Assembly (NCBI GenBank): GCA_031459385.1
Contig: JAVKIP010000002.1
Coordinates: 32,355-96,354 of the forward strand
DNA length: 64,000 nt
Direction of reading: 5' to 3'
DNA from: Candidatus Fervidifonticultor secundus
GTDB taxonomy: Bacteria > Sysuimicrobiota > Sysuimicrobiia > Sysuimicrobiales > Humicultoraceae
The position numbers and the translations under genes are program-made. This document shows, piece after piece, positions 20,384 to 28,672 of the stretch. How positions within the stretch are numbered: the stretch's first letter is position 1; every line of letters begins with the position of its first letter. A model generated the notes under the pieces. The model worked only from the letters and a program-made list of their open reading frames with translations, was not told the DNA's origin and searched no databases.

Positions 20384-21816
20384 GCGACCCCGGACCACCG
20401 TGGAGCCGGTGGGAGCGGCGCTGGACCCTGCTGCTCCTGGGAGCCGTCGCACTCAGTCTGGCTGGCCTGGGCCTGCCATCGTTGCAGGGCGACGACGTCT
20501 TCTACGGTGCCATCGCGCGGCACATCGTCGCCTCCGGCGAGTGGATCACGCTGACCCATCCCGACCATCCCGGGTGGCTGGTGGACAAGCCGCCCCTGAC
20601 GTTCTGGCTCATGGCCATCTCGCTGCGCCTGGGGGGCGACCACCCCGGGGTGCTGCGCTTCTGGCACGTGGGGCTCGCCCTGGCCACGGTAGCCGCGACG
20701 TGGCGGCTCGGCCGGCGTGCGCTGGGGCGCGAGGGCGGAGTGCTGGCCGCGCTGTTGCTGGGGACCAGCGGGCAGTTCTTCTACGTGGCCTTCGATCCGG
20801 CACAGGACATCCCCCTGACGTTCTTCCTGACCGTGGCCATGCTGGCCTACACCGACTACCGGGCCGGGGCCGGCGTGCGCGCCGCGGTGCTGACAGGACT
20901 GGCTGTCGCGCTGGCGGTGCTGACCAAAGGCATCGTGGCGCTCGTCGTGTTCGGACTGGTGGTCGCCGGCGATCTGGGGCTGCCGCCGTGCGGCGGGGCC
21001 TGGCGCTGGCGCGACGTCTGCGCCGGTGCCGCCGTCTTCCTGGCGGTGGCATCGCCATGGTTCGTCGCGGGTGCGCTCCGGGGCGGGCGGCCGTTCGTCG
21101 ACACGTTCTTCCTCTGGGGCCCGTTGGGCGTCGGGCGCTTCTTCCAGGGCGTGACGGCCAGGATGCCCTACGGGCAGGCGCTGGTGATCTTCGTGCCGAC
21201 GCTGATGGTGGGCGTCCTGCCGTGGACGGGGCTGCTCCCCGGGGCGGTGCGCGAGGGGTGGCGGGCCGTGCGCGGCGGCGCGCCGATCCTGCGCGTCTGC
21301 GCCCTGTGGGCGGGCCTCTACTTCCTGCTGCTGTCGCTGTCGCCAGGGGACAAGATGATGCACCACCTGCTGCCGCTCTATCCGGCAGCGATGGTCCTCG
21401 CCGCGCGCTTCGTGCTGGCCGCCGACGGGGATCCCCTGCGCCTGCGCGCGTCCGCAGGCGTGGCGCTGGCGGCCATCGTCCCGGCCGTCGCCGGTCTGGT
21501 CATCATGCGCCTGCGCTACCCCGAGACAGCCGGCGCCGTGCTGCCGGCGGCCGCGCCGTTCGTGCTCGGGTTGCTGGCCGCGCTGGGGGCGTTCGCCGCC
21601 CGTGCCCTCCGGGGCCGTGCGCGCGAAGCGGTGGCGCTCGCCGGGGCGGCGATACTGGTCGCGCACGGGTTTGCCGAGGCGCTGGTGTTGCGTCGCTGGG
21701 ACGCGTTCGCGCCAGCTGGGCGTCCCACCGCGCCGCCGGTGCTCCGGCAGGGTGGAGCCCCAAGCGGTGATCTGGTGGGACGGGGTGTGGTGGGGGCGCG
21801 TGGCGGCTTGCCTTGA
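20380..21816 (+). CDS. ArnT-like GT-C membrane glycosyltransferase (PMT_2)
   Basis: DDVFYGAIAR, DKPPLTFW, LTKG, PWF and LPW motifs with many TM helices. Confidence 0.85.
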   Translation: MSDPGPPWSRWERRWTLLLLGAVALSLAGLGLPSLQGDDVFYGAIARHIVASGEWITLTHPDHPGWLVDKPPLTFWLMAISLRLGGDHPGVLRFWHVGLALATVAATWRLGRRALGREGGVLAALLLGTSGQFFYVAFDPAQDIPLTFFLTVAMLAYTDYRAGAGVRAAVLTGLAVALAVLTKGIVALVVFGLVVAGDLGLPPCGGAWRWRDVCAGAAVFLAVASPWFVAGALRGGRPFVDTFFLWGPLGVGRFFQGVTARMPYGQALVIFVPTLMVGVLPWTGLLPGAVREGWRAVRGGAPILRVCALWAGLYFLLLSLSPGDKMMHHLLPLYPAAMVLAARFVLAADGDPLRLRASAGVALAAIVPAVAGLVIMRLRYPETAGAVLPAAAPFVLGLLAALGAFAARALRGRAREAVALAGAAILVAHGFAEALVLRRWDAFAPAGRPTAPPVLRQGGAPSGDLVGRGVVGARGGLP

Positions 21817-21842
21817 CGCTGGCAGATGGCGACCGATATAAT
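21813..21842 (+). promoter_or_regulatory. sigma70/sigmaA promoter driving the T-box leader
   Basis: TTGACG(21813-18)-N18-TATAAT(21837-42). The -35 overlaps the upstream gene's TGA. Confidence 0.85.
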
Positions 21843-22042
21843 TGCACGAGATTTCCGCCATATCGGCGACGAACGGGAGCAGTAGGCCGGAAGTCTGCCT
21901 GCGAGCGAGCCGGTGGAGGGTGCGAACCGGCGGCAGGCCCGGCTGAACTCGCCCGGGAGCCGCGGGCGCGAACGCGTCGCGGACGCGACGCCAAGCGTCC
22001 GCCGCCTGGCCCGCGAGACGGGTCTAGAGTGGATGGACGCAC

Positions 22043-22117
22043 GGGGCAGTAGCTCAGCGGGAGAGCGCCCGCTTGGCGTGCGGGAGGTCGAGGGTTCAAT
22101 TCCCTCCTGCTCCACCA
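22043..22117 (+). tRNA. tRNA-Ala (anticodon GGC), nested within the T-box leader
   Basis: Full cloverleaf: GGGGCAG/CTGCTCC acceptor with G3.U70, GCTC/GAGC D-stem, CCCGC-TTGGCGT-GCGGG anticodon arm, GAGGG-TTCAATT-CCCTC T-arm, A73 and encoded CCA. Confidence 0.96.
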
Positions 22118-22153
22118 GCGTGATCGGCGCGTCCGTCAACCGGGGTGGTACCG

Positions 22154-22199
22154 CGGAGGCCGCCTTCGCCCTTGGGGAGGAGGCGGCGCGCCGTTTTTT
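22154..22199 (+). terminator. T-box intrinsic terminator (mutually exclusive with the antiterminator)
   Basis: GCCGCCTTC(22159-67) pairs with GGAGGCGGC(22179-87), extendable to 22154/22193, followed by TTTTTT at 22194-99. Confidence 0.85.
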
Positions 22200-22213
22200 G
22201 GGAGGAGAGCGGG

Positions 22214-23146
22214 ATGCAGCCATCGAGTCGGGTCTGGTTTGACGGCAAGCTGGTGCCGTGGGACGAGGCCACGGTGCACGTCGCAGCCCACGTCATCCAG
22301 TACGGGTCCAGCGTCTTCGAGGGCATCCGCTGCTACGAGACGGCGAGCGGGCCCGCGATCTTCTGCCTGACCCCGCACCTGCGGCGCCTGGAGGACTCGT
22401 GCAAGATCTTCCGCATGGCGCTGCCCTACACGACCGAGGATCTCGCCCGGGCGATCCTCGAGACCGTGGGGGTCAACGGGCACCGGTCGTGCTACATCCG
22501 CCCGGTGGTGTTCCGGGGCGTGGAGTCGTGGAGCGTGGAGCCGCGCCGCTCGCCGCTGCACGTGGCCATCATCACCATCGAGTGGGGGCGCTATCTGGGG
22601 CCCGAGGCGATCGAGCAGGGCGTCGACGTCATGGTGAGCTCGTGGCGGCGCATGGCCCCCGATACGCACCCTGGCATGGGCAAGATCGGCGGGAACTACG
22701 TCAACTCGGCGTTTGTCGTCATGGAGGCGGTGGACAACGGGTACGCCGAGGGGATCGCCCTGGACGTGTACGGGTACGTCAGCGAGGGCAGCGGGGAGAA
22801 CGTGTTCGTGGTGCGCGACGGCGTGATCTACACGCCACCGCTGGCCGCCTCAATTCTCAGCGGCGTGACGCGTATGGTGGTCACGACGCTGTGCCGCGAC
22901 TTGGGCATCGAGGTGCGGGAGATCCCGATCCCCCGCGAGTTGCTCTACGTGGCCGACGAGGTCTTCTTCACCGGGACCGCCGCAGAGATCACCCCGGTGC
23001 GGTCGGTGGACAAGGTGCGCATCGGCGGCGGGACCCGCGGACCGGTCACGCGGCGGCTGCAGGAGGAGTTCTTCGGTATCGTCGAAGGCCGGATTCCCGA
23101 CCGGCACGGCTGGCTCACGGCCGTGCCCGTCCTGAGCCGGCCGTAG
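22214..23146 (+). CDS. ilvE: Branched-chain amino acid aminotransferase
   Basis: YGSSVFEGIRCY, YIRP, KIGGNY (PLP Lys), EGSGEN, LSGVTR and GTAAEITP. GGAGG SD. Confidence 0.96.
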   Translation: MQPSSRVWFDGKLVPWDEATVHVAAHVIQYGSSVFEGIRCYETASGPAIFCLTPHLRRLEDSCKIFRMALPYTTEDLARAILETVGVNGHRSCYIRPVVFRGVESWSVEPRRSPLHVAIITIEWGRYLGPEAIEQGVDVMVSSWRRMAPDTHPGMGKIGGNYVNSAFVVMEAVDNGYAEGIALDVYGYVSEGSGENVFVVRDGVIYTPPLAASILSGVTRMVVTTLCRDLGIEVREIPIPRELLYVADEVFFTGTAAEITPVRSVDKVRIGGGTRGPVTRRLQEEFFGIVEGRIPDRHGWLTAVPVLSRP

Positions 23147-23171
23147 CGCGCCCGGGAGGCGTCCGGAACCC

Positions 23172-25622
23172 ATGCGGTACGATCACCGGACCGTCGAGGC
23201 GAAGTGGCAGGCGCGGTGGGAGGCCGACCGGCTGTACCACGCGCCGGACTTCGACCCGCGGCCCAAGTTCTACTTCCTGACGATGTACCCGTATCCGTCG
23301 GGGGACGGGCTGCACATCGGCCACTGGTACGCCATGGCGCCCTCCGATGCGGCCGCGCGCTACAAGCGGATGCGGGGGTACAACGTGATGCTCCCCATGG
23401 GCTTCGACGCCTTCGGGCTGCCGGCGGAGAACGCCGCGATCAGCCGGGGCGTCCACCCGTACCGGTGGACGATGGACAACATCGCCCGGATGCGCCAGCA
23501 ACTGCGCTCCATGGGCGCGATGTGGGACTGGGACCGCGAGATCGTGACCTGCCAGCCCGAGTACTACCGGTGGAACCAGTGGTTCTTCCTGAAGATGTAC
23601 GAGCGCGGCCTGGCCTACCGCGCGCTGGCGCCGGTGGACTGGTGCCCGAAGGACAACACCACGCTGGCCCGCGAGCAGGTGGTGGGCGACGAGCGCGTCT
23701 GCGAGCGGTGCGGGACGCCGGTGGTCAAGAAGAACCTGGAGCAGTGGTTCCTGAAGATCACGGCGTACGCCGACGAGCTGCTCGACTTCTCGACGATCCA
23801 GTGGCCCGAACGCGTCGTCACGCTCCAGCGGAACTGGATCGGGCGCAGCGACGGGGTGGAGTTCGCCCTCGAGGTCCGCGGGCACCCCGGCGTGACGTTC
23901 CGGGTGTTCACCACCCGGCCCGACACCGTCTTCGGCATGACGTTCTGCGTGCTGGCGCCGGAGCACCCGCTGGTCGACCGCCTGGTGACCCCCGACCGGC
24001 GGGCGGTGGTGGACGCCTACAAGTTCAAGGCCGCGCGCGAGTCGGACATCGAGCGCCTGTCCACCGAGAAGGAGCGCGACGGGGTCTTCATCGGCGCCTA
24101 TGCCCTCAATCCCATGAACGGCGCCGCGGTGCCCATCTACATCGCGGACTACGTGCTGCTGACCTACGGCACCGGCGCCATCATGGGTGTGCCCGCGCAC
24201 GATGCCCGCGACTTCGACTTCGCCCGCAAGTACGGGCTACCCATTCCGGTGGTGGTGGCGCCGCCGGGGTGGGACGGGCAGCCGCTCGCCGCCGCGTACC
24301 TCGGCGAGGGGACGATGGTGAACTCGGGCGAGTTCGACGGCCTGCCCTCAACCGTGGCGTGGCAGCGCATCGCCGACGCCATGGTGGCCCGCGGCATCGG
24401 CGAGCGGAAGGTGCACTACCGCCTCCACGACTGGCTGATCAGCCGCCAGCGCTACTTCGGCACGCCGATCCCCATCGTCTACTGCGGCCACTGCGGTATC
24501 GTGCCGGTGCCGGAGGAGGACCTGCCGGTGGTGCTGCCCGAGGACGCGGAGTTCCGCCCGACCGGCGAGTCCCCCCTGAAGTACCACGACGGATTCCGGC
24601 GCACGACCTGCCCCCGGTGCGGGGCGGAGGCCGAGCGCGAGACGGACACTATGGATACCTTCGTGGACTCCTCCTGGTACCAGTACCGCTACCTGAGCCC
24701 GCACGACAGCCAGCGGCCGTTCGATCCTGCCGTGGGGCGGTACTGGCTACCCGTCGACCAGTACACCGGCGGCGTGGAGCACGCCGTCATGCACCTGCTG
24801 TACACGCGGTTCTGGACCAAGGTGATGCGCGACCTCGGGCTGGTCACGTTCGACGAGCCGATGCTGCGGTTGTTCAACCAGGGCATCATCCTGGGCCCCG
24901 ACGGCCATCGCATGAGCAAGTCCCGGGGAAACGTCGTCAATCCCGATGAGCTCGTGGCCGCGCATGGCGCCGACGTGGTCCGCGCGTACCTGATGTTCAT
25001 CGGTCCGTGGGACGAGGGCGGCCCGTGGGATCCCCAGGGCATCGGCGGGATCGTGCGCTTCCTGGGCCGGGTCTGGAGCCTCGTGACCCAGACCGCCAGC
25101 CGCACGCCGGCCGGAGCCCCCGACGGCGGCGCGGACCGCGAGCTGGAGTACTGGGTACACCGTACGATCGCACGGGTCACGGCCGACCTGGAAGAGTTCC
25201 GGTTCCACACCGCCCTGGCGGCCCTCATGGAGTTCACCAACACGTTGCAGCGGCTGCGGGAGGCCCTGGCCGCGACGGTGGCCTGGCAGGCGGCCCTGCG
25301 GACGCTGGTGCTCCTGCTCGCGCCGTTCTGCCCGCACATGGCGGAGGAGCTCTGGGTGGAGCATCTCGGAGAGGCCTACAGCGTCCACACCCAGGCATGG
25401 CCCGCCTACGATCCCGCGAAGGCCGTCGCCGAGCACCAGACGCTGGTGCTCCAGGTCGACGGCCGGGTGCGCGACCGCATCCAGGTGCCGGCCGGCATCA
25501 GCGACGAGGAGGCGCGGGCGCGGGCGCTGTCGAACCCGCGGGTGCGTCAGTTCATTGACGGCCGGCAGGTCGCCAGCATCATCGTTGTGCCAGGGCGCCT
25601 GGTCAACGTCGTGACGCGCTGA
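23172..25622 (+). CDS. leuS: Leucine--tRNA ligase
   Basis: YPYPSG..LHIGH, GFDAFGLPAEN, FTTRPDT editing domain, SRQRY, DTMDTF and RMSKS. Confidence 0.98.
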   Translation: MRYDHRTVEAKWQARWEADRLYHAPDFDPRPKFYFLTMYPYPSGDGLHIGHWYAMAPSDAAARYKRMRGYNVMLPMGFDAFGLPAENAAISRGVHPYRWTMDNIARMRQQLRSMGAMWDWDREIVTCQPEYYRWNQWFFLKMYERGLAYRALAPVDWCPKDNTTLAREQVVGDERVCERCGTPVVKKNLEQWFLKITAYADELLDFSTIQWPERVVTLQRNWIGRSDGVEFALEVRGHPGVTFRVFTTRPDTVFGMTFCVLAPEHPLVDRLVTPDRRAVVDAYKFKAARESDIERLSTEKERDGVFIGAYALNPMNGAAVPIYIADYVLLTYGTGAIMGVPAHDARDFDFARKYGLPIPVVVAPPGWDGQPLAAAYLGEGTMVNSGEFDGLPSTVAWQRIADAMVARGIGERKVHYRLHDWLISRQRYFGTPIPIVYCGHCGIVPVPEEDLPVVLPEDAEFRPTGESPLKYHDGFRRTTCPRCGAEAERETDTMDTFVDSSWYQYRYLSPHDSQRPFDPAVGRYWLPVDQYTGGVEHAVMHLLYTRFWTKVMRDLGLVTFDEPMLRLFNQGIILGPDGHRMSKSRGNVVNPDELVAAHGADVVRAYLMFIGPWDEGGPWDPQGIGGIVRFLGRVWSLVTQTASRTPAGAPDGGADRELEYWVHRTIARVTADLEEFRFHTALAALMEFTNTLQRLREALAATVAWQAALRTLVLLLAPFCPHMAEELWVEHLGEAYSVHTQAWPAYDPAKAVAEHQTLVLQVDGRVRDRIQVPAGISDEEARARALSNPRVRQFIDGRQVASIIVVPGRLVNVVTR

Positions 25623-25662
25623 GGCCGCCGTACGCCGCCCCCGCCCGGGTCGATGTCTTTGG

Positions 25663-26304
25663 GTGGGGGCGAGGCGTATCTCGCGTGCCGAGCAGATCGC
25701 TCTTGGAGCACTCGTGTGCGCGTCGGCGCTCCTGATCGGCGTGGCCAGCCGGAGCGCCCGTGCGCCCGCGCCCGTCGTCATCACCACGCCCCGGGCGCCC
25801 ATGCCGGTCCGTGTCCACGTCGCGGGCGAGGTGGTCTGGCCTGGCCTCTATGCGCTGTCCCCCGGCGCCCGCGTCCAAGATGCGATCGCCGCCGCGCGCG
25901 GCCCCACGCTCCTGGCTGACCTGGACCAGCTCAACCTGGCGGCCGTGCTGCGTGACGGCGACCGCGTCCTGATCCCTCGCCGGGCTCCGACGCCGCCGTC
26001 AGCGGCGTTCCCCGGGGGCGACGCCTCGCCCCGTCGCCGGGCTCCATGTGGTCCCCCGCGCCCCGCCGGCCCGGCGCAACGGCCCCGGTCCCCGGCAGGG
26101 GTGCCGGGCCGGCCGGTGAACGTCAACACGGCCTCCGCCGACGACCTGGAGCGGCTGCCAGGGGTGGGCCCGGTGCTGGCCAGACGGATCGTGCACGACC
26201 GCCAGACCCGCGGCCCGTTCCGACGGGTCGAGGATCTGGAACGGGTGCGCGGTATCGGCCCCGGCCTCGTACGGCGCCTCCGGCCGCTGGTGCGGCTCGA
26301 TTGA
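25663..26304 (+). CDS. comEA: ComEA-family DNA-binding protein (SLBB + helix-hairpin-helix)
   Basis: TM anchor, VHVAGEV..PGLY, LNLAA, VNVNTAS..LERLPGVGP and VRGIG. Confidence 0.9.
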   Translation: MGARRISRAEQIALGALVCASALLIGVASRSARAPAPVVITTPRAPMPVRVHVAGEVVWPGLYALSPGARVQDAIAAARGPTLLADLDQLNLAAVLRDGDRVLIPRRAPTPPSAAFPGGDASPRRRAPCGPPRPAGPAQRPRSPAGVPGRPVNVNTASADDLERLPGVGPVLARRIVHDRQTRGPFRRVEDLERVRGIGPGLVRRLRPLVRLD

Positions 26305-26305
26305 C

Positions 26306-26331
26306 GGAACCCGGGCCGTCCGGCCTCCGTA
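26306..26331 (+). promoter_or_regulatory. Putative ECF-sigma autoregulatory promoter
   Basis: GGAAC(26306-10)-N17-CGTA(26328-31), 30 nt upstream of the ECF sigma start. Confidence 0.65.
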
Positions 26332-26361
26332 GAAGCAGAGGGGCACGGGCGCAGGTGGGAT

Positions 26362-26949
26362 GTGACCGACGAACGCCGGCATGCCCGACCAGCGTACACC
26401 CCGGAGGACGTGGCGCAGTTTGAGACCCTCGTGGCGCGGTACGGTGCCCACGTGTATGCGGTGGCTTACCGGCTGGCGGGCAACGAGGCCGACGCCCGGG
26501 ATCTGGCCCAGGAGGCCTTCATCCGGGCCTGGCGCGCACTGCGGACGATCCAGCCCGGGACGGCTCTGGAAGGCTGGTTCTACCGCATCGTCAAGAACCT
26601 GTACATCGATCTGGTGCGCCGGAAGCCCCGCCAGCGTGTCCAATCGCTGGACGCGCCCCTCGACACCGGCGAGGCGACCGTGGCCCGCGAGCGGCCCGAC
26701 CCGGCCGCCGACGTCGAGCGTGCTGCGGCCGACCGCGCCATCGACCGGCGCATCCAGGCCGCGCTGCTGGCGCTGCCGCCCGACCTGCGCGCGGTCGTGG
26801 TACTCTCTGACGTCGAGGGCTACGGGTACGAGGAGATCGCCGCGATGCTCGACATCCCCATCGGCACGGTGAAGTCGCGGCTGCACCGCGCACGGCGCGC
26901 GTTGCGCGACCGGCTGGCGCCCCATCGGGCGGAGCTGATGCAGCCATGA
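26362..26949 (+). CDS. ECF RNA polymerase sigma factor
   Basis: DARDLAQEAFIRAW (region 2) and YEEIAAMLDIPIGTVKSRLHRAR (region 4). Confidence 0.95.
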   Translation: MTDERRHARPAYTPEDVAQFETLVARYGAHVYAVAYRLAGNEADARDLAQEAFIRAWRALRTIQPGTALEGWFYRIVKNLYIDLVRRKPRQRVQSLDAPLDTGEATVARERPDPAADVERAAADRAIDRRIQAALLALPPDLRAVVVLSDVEGYGYEEIAAMLDIPIGTVKSRLHRARRALRDRLAPHRAELMQP

Positions 26950-27455
26950 GCGCACCCCACGGGCTGCGGCAGCACCTGAGCGCCTACCTCGACGACGAGT
27001 TGCTCCCCGGGGAAGCTGCCAAGGTGCGCAGGCACCTGGCCGAGTGTCCTGCGTGTGCCGCGGAGCTGGAGGAGCTCAGGGCCGTGCGGGCGCTGCTGCG
27101 CCGGCTGTCGCCGCCACCGGTACCCGAGGGATTTCTCAAGGGCCTGCGCGCCCGTCTGGCAGCGGAAGCCGCCACCGGCCGCCGGGCGTGGTGGCGGCCG
27201 GTCCTGGTGCCGCGGCCGGCCGTCCTGGTGGCCGCGGTGGTCGCTGTGTTGATCCTGGTGGGCCTGCCGCTCGCGCGCGGCCGGCTCGAGCGCCTGCGCG
27301 CCGCCGAAGTGGGACCGGACCTCTTCATACGGGCGTACGTGCCCAATGCCGCCGTCGACCCGCTGGTGGACCGGGCGTACCTGGGGCTGCTGGTCACCGA
27401 TGCGAACCTGCGCCTGATCGGCGAGGACCCGCGGCAGATCGGGGGACAGCGGTGA
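26946..27455 (+). CDS. Zinc-finger (ZAS/zf-HC2) transmembrane anti-sigma factor
   Basis: LSAYLDDEL..HLAECPAC (Hx3Cx2C) followed by one TM helix. Confidence 0.9.
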   Translation: MSAPHGLRQHLSAYLDDELLPGEAAKVRRHLAECPACAAELEELRAVRALLRRLSPPPVPEGFLKGLRARLAAEAATGRRAWWRPVLVPRPAVLVAAVVAVLILVGLPLARGRLERLRAAEVGPDLFIRAYVPNAAVDPLVDRAYLGLLVTDANLRLIGEDPRQIGGQR

Positions 27456-28576
27456 GCGCGCTCGGCCTCGGCACCCGCGCCGGTTGGCAGCTCCGGCGCT
27501 CTGCGGCCACGGGCGCGGCCGGCCGGCTGCCGGTACTCGCCGCGACGCTGCTCGGCGCGCTGGCCGCAGGCCTGCTGGGCGTGCTGGCCGTGGGACGTGC
27601 AGCCGCGCAGCCCGCCCCGGAGCGTCTCCTGGGCGGCGTCTTGCTGGACCAGTTCCTGCGCCACGCGATGCTCGCCCCGCAGATCATCGACTACGAGGGC
27701 ACGAAGATCATCTCGGTGCTGCGGGGCGCCACCATGGAGAGCGTGACGGTCAGCGAGGCGCACAAGCGCCCCAACCGAACCCGTCTGGAGTTCCTCTCGC
27801 CCGAGGCCGTGGCGGGCCGCCTGGTGGTCGATGACGGCCTGCAGACCTGGCAGTACGAACCGCGCCTGCACGTGGTGATTCAGGGCCCCTCGCTCGCACC
27901 GCCGGTGGAAGCGCCGCCCGCGAGGCTCACCGATCGCTACGAGGCGTCGGTGATGGGCCTCGAGCAGGTCATCGGCCGCCTGGCCGTCCACGTGCGGCTG
28001 CGGCCCCGCGGCGCGGGCGGCGAGCGGCGCCTGTGGATCGACCGCTACACCGGCGTGGTGCTGCGCAGCGAGGACCGCGACCCCGTCGACGGCGTGGTCG
28101 CCACCAGCTTCTTCACGCGGATCAGCTACGGCCTGAACTTCCCCTCGGCGATGTTCCTCCCGCGCATCCCGGCCGGCGCACGCGTCCTCTCCCCGGCGGA
28201 GGTCGCGGAGCCCGTGATGCCCCTTGGGGCGCTGGAACGGCGGGTGGGCTACGCCGTCCGCGCGCCGGCGGTGCTGCCGGGTGGGTTCCGGCTGCTGGGC
28301 GGCGAGGTCGTCAGCGCCGGCGTCCTGCGCGCCGCGCACCTGCACTACCACGACGGCACCCGGGCCCTGGGCCTGTTCGTGGTACCGTCGCGCCGGCTGG
28401 GCCCGCCGCGCAGCGAGATCCCGGTGCCCATGCTGGGCCCGCGCGCGGCGGCGACCGCCCGGGGCGCGACGCGAATGGTGCAGTGGGAGACGGGCGGCAT
28501 GCGCTACGCCCTGGTCGGGCCACTCCCGCTGGCCGACCTCGTGACACTCGCGCAGGCCGTGGCGCCCCCGCGCTAG
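27452..28576 (+). CDS. MucB/RseB-like (LolA-fold) extracytoplasmic sigma regulator
   Basis: Signal/TM segment, 'DYEGTK', 'RLEF', 'LWIDRYTGVVLR' and C-terminal 'LPGGF'. Third gene of the ECF operon. Confidence 0.75.
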   Translation: MSALGLGTRAGWQLRRSAATGAAGRLPVLAATLLGALAAGLLGVLAVGRAAAQPAPERLLGGVLLDQFLRHAMLAPQIIDYEGTKIISVLRGATMESVTVSEAHKRPNRTRLEFLSPEAVAGRLVVDDGLQTWQYEPRLHVVIQGPSLAPPVEAPPARLTDRYEASVMGLEQVIGRLAVHVRLRPRGAGGERRLWIDRYTGVVLRSEDRDPVDGVVATSFFTRISYGLNFPSAMFLPRIPAGARVLSPAEVAEPVMPLGALERRVGYAVRAPAVLPGGFRLLGGEVVSAGVLRAAHLHYHDGTRALGLFVVPSRRLGPPRSEIPVPMLGPRAAATARGATRMVQWETGGMRYALVGPLPLADLVTLAQAVAPPR

Positions 28577-28672
28577 CCGGGCCCGTGCCGGCCGCCGGCC
28601 ACCGCGCGCGAGCGACCGGCGGCGCGCAGGACTAGGGAAGGGCTGGGCCGCCGACGGCGCGAATCGCGGCCC

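Larger units (their letters stand above)
21864..22199 (+). ncRNA. T-box riboswitch leader, Leu specifier CUC, transcriptional attenuator type
   Basis: Stem I 21864-21962 with GA motif, AGTA(21881-84), AG bulge, GGTGCGA apical loop and GAA-CTC-G specifier loop (CTC 21948-50). Stem II about 21962-22002; IIA/B-like hairpin about 22006-22027; Stem III arms 22032-40/22129-37. T-box AACCGGGG-TGGTACC-GCG at 22138-55, then terminator and T6. Confidence 0.92.

Noticed and set aside
22043..22137. tRNA-Ala inside the leader as a mobile-element scar or mere tRNA-like mimic
   Set aside because: No direct repeats or integrase nearby. The cloverleaf is complete with identity elements and CCA, and the flanks form the riboswitch's own helix.
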